The notes beneath the pieces were generated by a model. The model was not told where the DNA came from and did not search any database. It saw only the letters and a program-made list of their open reading frames with translations. From Paramecium tetraurelia (lineage: Eukaryota), in the NCBI GenBank assembly GCA_000165425.1, contig CT868042.1, positions 186,001 to 235,572 of the forward strand: a stretch of 49,572 nucleotides of DNA. Reading direction: 5' to 3'. The position numbers were made by a program, and so were the translations under genes. Positions 1-11,306 of the stretch are shown in pieces (position 1 is the stretch's first letter; each line of letters opens with the position of its first letter).

Positions 1-852
1 TTTGGGGAATTCTTTGGCTGTCTCTGACATCAGTTTTCCCAAGCCTATGTAGAGAATGACCTCTGATATTGTGCTATCGTTATTTAGTTTCTCCAATAGT
101 TAATTGTAAATCATTGGTGGAATCTATTTTTTGTTGCATTACTTGGATTGTATCAAATATCGTATTGCTGAGTCATACTATTTGTTGGCCTCCTGCAGAA
201 GGCTGAGACTTTCCAGTTATTCCTGATTTCCCTTTTGAGTTTTGAAATGTTCATAGAGCTTTTTATATCCAAAAGCTTGGGCCTAAAGGTGGAACACGTA
301 ATCATTACATAACTATTCAACATGTAGATGTGAACGACTGAGAGATCTGAGTGTTGCTAGACAATTTTAGAATTAATAAAGGGCAAGACTTCTTACAGTC
401 TTTGATAACTCCAAAGCATGTTTCTAGTTTTGGTTAATGAAATTTTGATTTGTTGTTCATTCTGGGCCTGATGGTAATACAGGATGCCTAAGTTGTATAA
501 TTGACATGCATATTCATAATGCCATTAATTTGATTAAGTGAATTTGTTCTAAAAATATGTCTATCTGACTTACAGGTTCGTACGAATCATTCCAACAGAA
601 GGTAATTTCATCTTGGAGAGGCTGTTTCAGAATTTCATCCAAAAGCGTCATATATTCGAGCAATTGCTTCTCCAACTGGGTGCAGGCCTCAAGATTTCCC
701 TTTAAACAATCTTATTGTTGAAAATTTAGCAATCTTTTGCGACAATCATCGATACTGAGCAGAGTTTGATTCTAATTTTACAAATTCTTTCATACATTCG
801 ATTGGGGGAATTTAGTTGGCTTGGTTTACTTGAAACGAAACCCAAAGTTCAT
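1..852 (-). CDS. BRO1-domain (ALIX/Bro1-like) protein; N-terminal part only, runs off the window edge
   Basis: The ciliate-code translation with tiny introns gives MNFGFRFKQTKPTKF...ITFCWNDSYEP|NKFTQSNQWHYEYACQLYNLGILYY...HSDLSVVHIYMLNSY|AQAFGY. This matches the BRO1 motifs F.W.D, E.ac.LyN.g.ly and DLS...L....AQA. Confidence 0.75.
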
Positions 853-930
853 GTGAATTAATTATATTATTTATTTTAATGACGAAGGTTTGATTTAAGA
901 TAGAATAAAAATTATCAAATATTTAATTTA

Positions 931-1456
931 ATGAAATAAAATAGAGTTTCTATATTGACCAAATAAAACATAAGATATGAAGGATCTGTTTATGCAATAG
1001 ACAAAATTCGAAAAACAGTCTTCCTCAAAGATGTGAGGTGTATGGGAACTGAGAACAGGGAAGCTGCGATATTCATCCCTCCATCAACAAAAATCACTCA
1101 AATGGCTGAGTTCACAAATGAGTAGATTTTGGAGATCAAAAAATTAGTAATGCTTTTTGTCTATTTGCAAGAACACCACTGACTTCCCAGAACATTTACC
1201 CGCTGCCACCAAAGAACATACTCAAAGTTCTCAAGATCAGAAATTGGCATCCAAAATTTTAAACCAAAGTTGCACCTACGAAGTCACCAGATCGCCTCTG
1301 CCCAAGATAACTATGAGAAAAAATAGACACTTCCTGTCTCAAAGTCCTGATCCGAGGAAGGTGGACTAGAAACCTGTTTATATTACAAATAATTATTTAT
1401 AATTGAAGAAAATGGAATAATTCAAAAAAATGCTTATGTTCAGACAACACAGATGA
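931..1456 (+). CDS. LSm14/Scd6-type N-terminal Sm-fold protein (short)
   Basis: MKQNRVSILTKQNIRYEGSVYAIDKIRKTVFLKDVRCMGTENREAAIFIPPS parallels LSm14 ISLISKAEIRYEGILYTID...VRSFGTEDR..IPP. One 25-nt intron at 1147-1171; TGA at 1454-1456. Confidence 0.8.
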
Positions 1457-1522
1457 GGTTGTATATTTTAATTCATGTGATATTTTGAAATTCTCAGAAT
1501 TATACATTATTTTTATTATCTT

Positions 1523-2654
1523 ATGGGGAATTGCCAATGTCAATCTGCTGAAATCCAAAAGACCGAAGAAATGCAGCCTCTCGAATTCAAATAGGAGAAC
1601 TATAATAGTTTCGAGGATCAACAATTACAGTTTTGCCAGGCTCAACAAATATTATAATAAGAGACCATTAAGTCCAATAATGAAACATCTGATGACACTC
1701 ATAGACCTAATCCGTAATTAGTGTGGCAAACACAGACGTAGTTCACCACTTATAATCTCATAGTTCAGGTAATCTTGTCTAAAAGTAAAATCTAAGAAAA
1801 TTATGGATGAATTGGGCCCATTCGAATTAAATGACCAGGAAGGCTATTTCTATGGAGTCTATGAGTAAAAAGATGGTTCGCTCTATAGAGGTTGTTGGCA
1901 TCAAGGCCAAAAATTTGGATATGGTACTTCAACACAATACCTATCACTTTAGGAAGCTTAATCTATCAAGATGGCTCCGTCTTTTAAGGGCAATGGAGAA
2001 AGGATAAGGCGAATGGCAAAGGAAGAATGATCTACACTGACGGAGACTGGTACGAAGGGGATTGGACTGATGATTTAAGTTATATTACTGTTATTTTTTA
2101 GAGCATGGCAATGGAAAATATGTACATTGCGATGGAACCATCTATGAAGGAGAATGGGAAAATGATTGCTAGAATGGGTAAGGATAAGAATAATTCATCG
2201 ACGGATCCACCTATAAGGGGTAGTTTAAAAATGGCAAGAAGAACGGATTTGGCCATTATGTTTGGGTTGATGGATAAAGTTATGAAGGACAGTTTGAATC
2301 CAATTACTTCTGTGGTTTTGGGTATTGAATTCAGTATTATGAATAAGAAAATATGTGTGGACTGATGGCAGATAATATGAGGGTTAATGGTTAAATGGAA
2401 GTATGAATGGGAATGGCATCATGAAATGGCCAGATGGAAGAAAGTATGAAGGATAATATTGTAATGACAAAAAGCATGGATAAGGAGTCATAGAATGGCG
2501 TAATTTGTGTATTTAATGTAAGGTAGCTGATGGTAGGAAATATTCAGGATAATGGGAATTGGGAAAACAACATGGAATTGGAGAATATTTTAATGGGTAA
2601 ATCAAAAAAAAAGGTTAATGGAACTATGGCAAGCGACTCAAATGGTTAGATTGA
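1523..2654 (+). CDS. MORN-repeat protein with N-terminal MGNCQC acylation-type motif
   Basis: Repeated Y.G.W......G.G units (YEGDWTDD, YEGEWEND, YKGQFKNGKKNGFG, YEGQWLNGSMNGNG) interrupted by about 6 tiny introns; ends KWLD*. Confidence 0.9.
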
Positions 2655-3821
2655 GACAATATAGATATTAATAATCTTTATTCGGTAATAAGATCCCTTA
2701 ATTCTTTTTGTTTTCTTCAATATACTAAATATAAAATTATCTTGTTTATAGATAATATAATTGATCAACCACTTTTGAGGTAGTAGGGTAATAATAAATG
2801 TTGATGTTAGATAAGTTATACTAAAAATATAATTTTATCCTTATATTCATTTTCATCCTATGAACTTTTGTCTAATTTTAATCTATGTGATCTTACTTGT
2901 TATTAGTATTTAAAGTATCTAGAGTAATGAAAACAATATGTTACCTATATTTATTAAGAATTTGATTATTGATTTAATTAATTTAGTAATAGAAATATTA
3001 ATAATAATTATTAAATGACATTATTAATTATTTACACTTAAGGATTTATTTTCAATTAGGATAACTTTATTAGTTTTTTAGGAAGATTAACACTTTTATT
3101 ATTATATTTGATGATATATTGAGTGTTTTATTGTTGAATTATATGTAAGGTTTTTGAAAATTATGATTTGATAAATCAAATAATTATATGTTACTATTTA
3201 AGATTATTTCTCAAAATAGTATTGAGGACTAATTAATGTAAAATTAATGTCAAAAATTCAATAAAAAAAATGTATATATATCAAAAGCAACTCAGTCGAT
3301 GAATCTTTCTTTCCATTAATAAAGTCTAAGATGTTTGCTTTTATTTATATTTACTAATAACTGTTGCAACTCCTTATTATTAACCAATACTCATAAATTA
3401 GTTTTATTATAAAATCTAAAAATTCATTAATGAGAATATCCTTTTGATAAATTACAATCCATTAATTAAGTTTAGAAGTGTTTAAGATGAGATATCAATA
3501 AATTAGAGTATGACCAAATCCAATAGGAGGTAAATTCTTATAGCAATGTATTTTTTTGCTCAAAAATATTCATGATCCAAGTATCACATTTATCAAATAA
3601 GAAAATGCTTTGCATTTGATGATATTAACAAAAAGATCAATAGATGTTCTCCTTTGACAATTTATTTCCTAAGATTAACTTAATTGAGCTCACATTACAA
3701 TTACTCAACTTAAAAGCATATATAAATCAAATCTAATTCTGAATTCCAACTTAAACGAGTAGCAAATCAATTTCAGAAGGGTAGTGATACTAATAATCTG
3801 TTTTATAATATTATTTATTTA

Positions 3822-4685
3822 ATGGATAAACTTGATAAAATAATTGCCTAATTAGATGAATTAGAAATTAGTCAAAAGCACAGAGAAGATTTGATTAAGC
3901 GCAATCAAAGTTCGTAAATACTAAAGTTACCAAAAGTATAATCGATTGAGTATTATAGGTGATTCTAATTCAAAGAATTTGTGGATTTTTGGATGATTAG
4001 GATCTATATAGATTTACAGCTACTTGTTCAACAATGAGAAAGATAATGTTTTGTCCTTTGGGATTTAAATTATTGACCTTGAGTCGAAATGCACAACATA
4101 TTGTTGGAGGAAACAAATAGCAATAATAACAACTCAAGAAAGAAAAATAAGAGATTGTCTCTAGCGGAAGTATTTCAGGGAATAACAGTGTATTTGATTC
4201 AGAAGAAGATGCATTGGCTCAATTGTAAGCCTTGAAATCCGTGAAGGAATTCTTAACCACTAAATTGCAATCATCATAAGCACAAATGCAAAACCTAGAG
4301 GATTTGATCACTGATTCCTCAGACACATTGAAATACGAGAAATCAGTAAATCTGAAATTGCAATCCAAAATCAATATTCTGCAAAACCAACTCTCCATCT
4401 CTGAATTGCAAAGACAAGATGTTAAGGAAAACTTATCCGAACTAAATTCTAAATACAATAAAATAGTAATTCTTATTTCTAACTTAGATTAGCCAAATGG
4501 AACAGGATAGGATGGTGATCCAAGATGAAAAAGACAAATTGTTAAGTCACAAGAAGGTACTTATCCAAGAAGTCTACCGATTGAGAGGATAGGTTTCGCA
4601 AATGGAAGAGGATCAAAACAACTACCAAGCAGCTCTAAAATAAGTTAAATCCTTTATGGATACAATTGAATTGAAACCAATTTGA
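3822..4685 (+). CDS. F-box domain plus coiled-coil protein
   Basis: After a 23-nt intron the sequence reads ILKLPK|VILIQRICGFLDDQDLYRFTATCSTMRKI, an F-box consensus. A heptad-rich C-terminus follows; TGA at 4683-4685. Confidence 0.7.
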
Positions 4686-4833
4686 TTAAGTAATTTATCA
4701 ATATGATTCTAATTCGTTTAATTTTTCGAAAATTACTAACTTAAAGTTGTAATTAGTTATATACTTATTTTATGCCCCTTATTGATAAAATTAGATTCAA
4801 GCAAATATTACATTAAAAGTATTTTTATTAATT

Positions 4834-6089
4834 ATGGATTACGAATTACCATCCTTATCCGAGCCTTTTACTTGGATCACATATGCCATTTTGGGAACAT
4901 TAGTTGGATTGGCTCAAGCAGGAGGAATAGGGGGAGGTCCCATTGTATCACCTGTAATGATGGTTTTGCTAGGCTGTTCGAGCAAGTAGGCCATCTGGAA
5001 CACCTACATTATGTTATTCGGAGGAAGCATAGGTAATTATGCAAGGTTGGGGAGAGAGAGAGTAAGTATAGATTTAATTTGGTAATTAGATTTCGAATGG
5101 GAGTAGTCCATTAATCAATTACCAATTAGTATAGATAACACTTCCATTACTTTTAGCAGGAGCCATTTTAGGGGTTGCAACTGGGAAATGGTTACCAAAA
5201 GTGGTTGTGGTGATATTTTTATTTGCCATTTTATTAAATGTGTTTCTAAAGACCAAGAAAGTTTATAAAAAGATTAGGGAAAAAGAATAGAGCGAACTCC
5301 TATAATAAGTAGAAATGAAGGAATTAATGTTAACCGACTACAGTGCAGTGCCATAAGATTTATAATAGATATTGGAGAATGAATCAAAGCTTTATCCTAC
5401 AGAAAATCTAAAAGAGATAGCCTTCTCAGTGATTATCGTAGTTGCATTAACTTTATTGAAGGGAGCTGCAACCATTCCTTCAATACTAGGTATAAGTTAC
5501 TGCGGAATGGAATTTCATTTTATCAATTTCATCATTTTTGGAATAGGATACTATAATGTGTAGAGATATAGGAAGTGGATTAAAAAAGATGAGGAGTTTA
5601 AATAGTCTTTAGGATACGATTTCTCTGGAGGGAAGATAAGTGAAGTGTTTGGAATAACTGTGAAATCAAGTATGAAAGCAGGCTTTTTAGGAGGGCTGGT
5701 TGGTTTAGGAGGAGGAGTGGTATTAACACCCATTTGGCTTGAAACTGGAATCCATCCTCCAAGGGCTGCTGCATCTGCTACTTTTACTGTGATGTTTACT
5801 TCATTTATATCTGTGTTCATTATTGCATTGTCTGGGGGGTATCATTTATCTCAATTTTTGATCTTGGCAGTAATAAATTCATTATAGTTATTAGAGTGTA
5901 TCTGGTTGCGGAAGTTATTTGATTGCAGGGATCTTAAAGAAATTAGTTAAGAAATATAAAAGAGAATCAATTATTATTCAAGTGTTACTAATTGTAATTG
6001 CCTTTGGATTGGTTGTTTTACCTCTCTAATCAATTAAAGATGTATACTATAATCCACTTTCATCTTTATAATTTGGTCGCTTGTGTTGA
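4834..6089 (+). CDS. TauE/SafE (sulfite exporter family) multi-pass membrane protein
   Basis: Duplicated Gly-rich motifs LAQAGGIGGGPIVSP and FLGGLVGLGGGVVLTP, plus AAASATFTVMFTS and many hydrophobic helices. Confidence 0.88.
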
Positions 6090-6147
6090 GAAGATTTTTG
6101 ATAAAATAAATGAAAATTTCAGAAATCTCATAATAAATATAATAAAG

Positions 6148-8072
6148 TCACAGTCTAACAGTGGAATCATACATTCTTCTTTAGTCGATTTGCTACTTCA
6201 GATGAGCATTCTCTTCAGTCAATACACTGATTTATGTATTGTAAGCTGCTTTCAAATTACTAATCTAATAGGAATTGGAGGCTTCCAATTTATTTTTCAG
6301 ATCTTCCAATTGTGTAAACTACAATATTATACTATGATTACCTTCTCTTTTTCTAAAGCCAACTATCTCTATTTAAATTGTTCGATATCATCTCTTGCTC
6401 TCCTTAAATCTTTGTCTAAAAGATTTCTTTGATTTGCTAGATTTTCATTATCCTATTCTTTGACTGAGAGAGCCTCTCTTAATCTTTTAATTTCTAGTAG
6501 CTATTGTTCTGAGGAGATATCACTTTATCTGAGCTTTTCTCTATATTGAATAGTCACTCTATCATTCTTTGATTAAAGGTCTTGGATTTCCTAATTCTTA
6601 GAACTTGTTATTGACAGTATTTCTTATTTCAAAGAATGAATCTCATCTTTCAATCTTCTGATGTCATCCTCTAATTATCTCTTATGCAAATTAAATTAAG
6701 CAATTAAAGATTCTTAATCTTTTGTTTTTTGTGATAACATTTCTTTAAGTCTTTCAATTTCACCTTCCAAAAATAGTATTTACAATTTCTATTAATCAAT
6801 ATTCTCATTCAGAAGAGCTGTTGATTTTTAGAATTGATCATCTAATTCATTGATTTCATTGTTCTTTTACTTTTCCTATTCAAAAGTAATCAATTTTTGA
6901 TTTTCAATCTCTCTTCTTAGATCAATAATTAGTTATTCAAGTTGTTGTCTTTGAATATTCTTCTCATCAATTTAGATTTATATCTATTGATTTTTGTGTT
7001 CAATGATTCCCTTCAAATCATTAATCTCTTTTTCCAAATTATTGATTTATGTTTAATAGTAAGTTTTCAATGTATCCTAATCTCTTTAATGCTGGTTCTA
7101 TTGATCTTTGAGAGAAGTCTCAAGAATCAACCTGGCTTATCTTTCTTAATCCAATAGTTTCTACTTTAAGATTTAGATCTCAGTTCTCAAATCATTAATT
7201 TAATCTTCAAACATTTACTTATTTTTAGCATTTTATCCAAGTAATGTTTCAATTTCAGCATTCTTAATCTCAAGCAATCCCTTAAGTTTATCAATTTCGC
7301 ATTGCTAAACGTCTGATTATCTAGCGAATTCATGTTTCAATAATTAAATCTATTGTTATGAGAAGTTGTTTAGATTATCATTCAAATGTTCTAACTCTCT
7401 CTGCTTTTCTGATTCTTGTTAGTGAATCTTTACTCTAAGTAGTTCATTTTCTTTCAACAATCTTTCAATTTAAATATCGTCTTCAGTTTTTTATCTCAAT
7501 ATCTTTTATTGAAGATCACTGATTTCATTGTTTTATTCTTCAATGTGATCTCTTAGTTTTCTAATCTGACTCTCACTTATTTCTGTTTGCAAATTAGCAG
7601 CCTTCTTGAGATTCTCGAAATCTTGATTGGATTAACTCTCGATCTATCCAGATATTCCAACTAATTGTCGTTGTCTTTCTGCTTCTGCCTGAGATAGGAC
7701 AGCCCCTAATTTTTGTAATTCAGCATTGAGTTGCTTGATTTCGAACTCATAATTGGACTTCATCTACAATATCTATTGCAATTGATTTTCGTATTTGGAT
7801 TTCCATAAGTCAGCATCGGTTTTTCTCTACCTTGATAACTTGATGAGTTTCTCATTTTCAGTCTACAACATATTGTTTTCTTTAATATAGGATTCCACGT
7901 TGGCATCATTCGTTACGATGTCATGGGCTCTTCTCTACAATTACTATTATTCTTCAAACAACAGTCTGTTCTCTGTTTCTAATTCTACACACTTGGCCTT
8001 TAAGAACTCAATTTCTTAGACAAAAGACCTTGTGTCATGTCTTTGTGGGGATTCTCTAATGGATGAATACAT
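6148..8072 (-). CDS. Long coiled-coil protein (about 630 aa), function unknown
   Basis: Open in the ciliate code from MYSSIRESPQRHDTRSFVQEIEFLKAKC to YDSTVRL*. It is E/K/Q/L heptad-rich, with one tiny intron near 6320-6340. Confidence 0.8.
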
Positions 8073-8601
8073 TAAATTATTAACGGATGAAAATTATTAT
8101 TAAAATTTAATTAGCATTTTGATGTTATAAATATATCACTCTAATTATTGAACAACTCACTTATCAGTAAGAATATTTAATCGAAATAACTTTATCGACT
8201 TTGATTACAATTTGCATCTCAATTGTAATTTAAAATTTCTTATTAACTGTAATGTTAGTAAATATGTATTTCAATGAAGATTAAATATCATTTTATACAA
8301 ACAAATTGTTTTATTGAACAACTGTTTAAAATCTACTACATGAACGTTATTAATTTACAAAAACCATATAAATACTAACTTTAATTTTTTTTAAACAATC
8401 AATGCTTCAGTGTCTTGCTAACATTTTTCAGTTGAATATTTTAGAAGAAATTCGAAATCGAATATAAATATTTAGATCAACGAAATTTAATTATTTACTT
8501 CAAATTGTTTAAATTGGTTGATATATAAGTAAGTTTTCTTATTATCATATTATTTAAATAACTAAAATTAAACAGAACTGCTGTTCGCCTTTTAATGATA
8601 A

Positions 8602-8670
8602 ATTATTATTAGAACTGGAATATATTTTTTATCTAGGAAATTCTTAAAATGTTCCAGTTATAATAATAAT
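8602..8670. repeat. Inverted repeat, 19-bp arms with 1 mismatch and about 31-nt spacer
   Basis: attattattagaactggaa (8602-8620) pairs with ttccagttataataataat (8652-8670). Confidence 0.7.
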
Positions 8671-9228
8671 ATATAAATTCTTTTATTCTGAAAATACATA
8701 AGGCAGTAAAAGTGTATAATTGATAATGAGGATAGACATATCATTTTATCCCCATTCAATACACTTTTAGTATGTATACATGTTGATATCATTCATATAT
8801 TCAAAAGAAAAGATCATTTTATTATATTGAACAGTTTTAATTACAATATTTTAAAAATTTATTCCATGTATTTATAATACAATTGGCTTATAAAGCAATA
8901 AATAGATCATAATTTTAATTAAAAATGCTTCAAAAATGTCAAACTATCCATGGTGGATTCCGAAAATTCAGGATCATTGAATTAAAATTAGAAATAATTT
9001 AATATACTTATAAAGTCCCTGTAATTCTCAAGCTTTCTTCTATTCTCAATAATTTTTATTTTATGATTAATTTATTTCATAGACTGGGAGTGGAAAACCT
9101 GAAATTACTTCAATAAACAAAAATTTAAGAAATATGATAACCAGTTTATTGTTAGTTTACAAAGCCTTATGGTGTATATAAATTCATACTTTATCTTGAA
9201 TTTTTGTATATATAAATAAATTAATCAA

Positions 9229-9477
9229 ATGCAAAAGCCTTAAGAAAATCAAAGCATAGAGCAGCAAATATATATCAAATCTAGGCTGATTCAAAATCTC
9301 TAAAACTACCTAGTGGACGATGAAAAAAAGAAGGAGAGTTTAATCAAAAGAAATCCCCAGTACACCAATTTATTCCTTAAAGAGCAATAAAAACTAAAAA
9401 TACATGGTCACTAAAACAAGCCGCTTGATTCCTTAGCTGCATTTATACAAAAATTAGATAAAAAATTGAATATCTGA
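9229..9477 (+). CDS. Hypothetical 82-aa protein
   Basis: Uninterrupted ciliate-code ORF MQKPQENQSIEQQIYIKSRLIQNLQNYLVDDEKKKESLIKRNPQYTNLFLKEQQ...LDKKLNI*, flanked by AT-only stretches. Confidence 0.55.
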
Positions 9478-10249
9478 TTACTATATATAGTATATTCTCA
9501 CTTAAAATTTTATAAATATTTAAAAAGAACAAAGTTCTCATATAAATTAATAATTTTATATATAAGTTAGATTTTCATAAATTGCCGGTAGATGATTCGA
9601 CCTAGTCAATTTAAATGCTCTTGAAAAAAATTACAAGGTTAAGTACGGGTACACGCTCACCATTATACTTTGTAAAGGAGGTTATCCAAAAGGATATTAT
9701 AATATAATATTATTTAAAATTCATTAAATTTCTTCATTAGTTATTTATTAAATATACTAGTATTCCATTTGGATAAACTCTGTTAAACCATCTTAAATAG
9801 CTAAATCTATTTAAGATACAACTAACAAAATGTTTATGCAAAAGTTACATCTCAAATTATTTTGAAATAATTATTTGGGTTCTTAGCTTCCTTGTCTCCA
9901 AATATTCAAGTTTATTTAATTTAGAATAAATATTGTTATTATGGAATCTCCAATTTTAGATATTTTACCTAAGTCTTAGGATTTCAAAATATGTATTAAC
10001 TATCATGTGCTTTCGATATTGCGACATTTGCTATTTTGTATTTCATTGACCTTTCATGATATAATCATAAAATCATTTTCCTATCCTTAAAATGTGTCAA
10101 TGCTCTCAATTTCAGTAGAATCTGAGGTTTGAAGGTTAAATTTATAAAGATTGTCTTTTATTAATTTGGTCTAAGCTCGATAGAGAGTAAAAATGGAAAT
10201 TTGTTTTTCATTTTAGTCCTTATAATAATAATCTAAAAAATAACAATCA

Positions 10250-10700
10250 AAATAGGAGCAACTGTAAATCAAGTATTCATTGAAGAATCAATTTATGTTG
10301 TTGAATTTGATATCTCTTTGAATAATCCAAAATATTAAATTATTAGAAGTATTCAATATTGTTTTATAAAATTTTAAGAGGATATGATTTTACTTAATGA
10401 TTTTGAATCATTTACCTAATCATCATAGAAAAATTGAGAAGTGACAGAGACATATTTATCCTCCATATGTTATTTAAGCAATAAACACGTCCCAGAATTT
10501 AAAAAAGACCAAGTCGAATCTTCTTTAATATTTTCTGTGATTCCAATCCATCAAAACCATTGATGTCTGCTGATTTTTGTAACATGCTGATGTCCTTTAT
10601 CAAATATTTATTTAATTTTGTATTGCTTTTAAGATATTTGTCTGTAAGATATAAATTTCAAACTTCCAGGTTGATATAATTGAGGATTTTGGAATAACCA
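10250..10700 (+). pseudogene. Decayed Ulp1/SENP (peptidase C48)-like gene remnant; boundaries approximate
   Basis: The frame reads IFSVIPIHQNH*CLLIFV, with TGA at 10561-10563 where SENPs have Trp (cf. LLVPIHLGVHWCLAVV). Further in-frame TGAs occur nearby. Confidence 0.45.
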
Positions 10701-11306
10701 CTTCAAATATTTAGATTACCCAAATTGAAGCAGTGCTTTAAGTTCAATTAGAGAATTGGAGGGAGAGAATATGGAATTCAAAACGATGAAAGTTATTAAG
10801 GTAAATTCATCTAAATTATATTACATTTTGTATTTCTTATCATCATATTTAACAACAAATTGGAAGTTTAAGAGATCTATGACTTTTGTATTGCATTTAG
10901 AAATAAATTAAGAGTTTATATTTATTAGTTATGAGACCTAAAATTTAAACATTCTCCTTTCATTTATTATTTAATAATCATCTTTCATTTATGAATTTGA
11001 TTCAAATTGAGTTACAGCATAGATAAATAAATGACATCCTTTTATTGCAATCTGAGATGTCTATTCTTTTATTCTAATTCTTATTGCTAAATTAATTTCT
11101 TAAGTAAAGTGATTGATTTAGGATTATACAAACTGATAATATTAAGCAAGGGACTTAAGATTATGGGATAGCTTACGTTAACTGTTTATTCAATTTTTAG
11201 TTGTTCTTCCTTCATTTGCTTAGATGTGTTTTAGCTTATTTTTTTGATGAGTCTGTAACCAAAAATAGCAGATCAACATAAATTAAAAAATAAAATAACT
11301 TTATAC

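Noticed and set aside
1..10. tttgggg resembling a ciliate telomeric repeat
   Set aside because: It is a single unit inside the BRO1 CDS (codons TTC CCC AAA on the - strand), not an array.
2660..3820. Possible gene or pseudogene in a 1.1-kb intergenic tract
   Set aside because: Only short low-complexity frames; no motif or consistent exon structure was found.
9080..9100. TGSGK P-loop-like peptide (act ggg agt gga aaa)
   Set aside because: It is followed by Pro rather than S/T, and there is no supporting NTPase context or long ORF.
10561..10563. TGA read as Trp or Sec in the Ulp1-like fragment
   Set aside because: All intact genes use TGA as stop, and the fragment has further stops and frameshifts, so decay is the simpler explanation.
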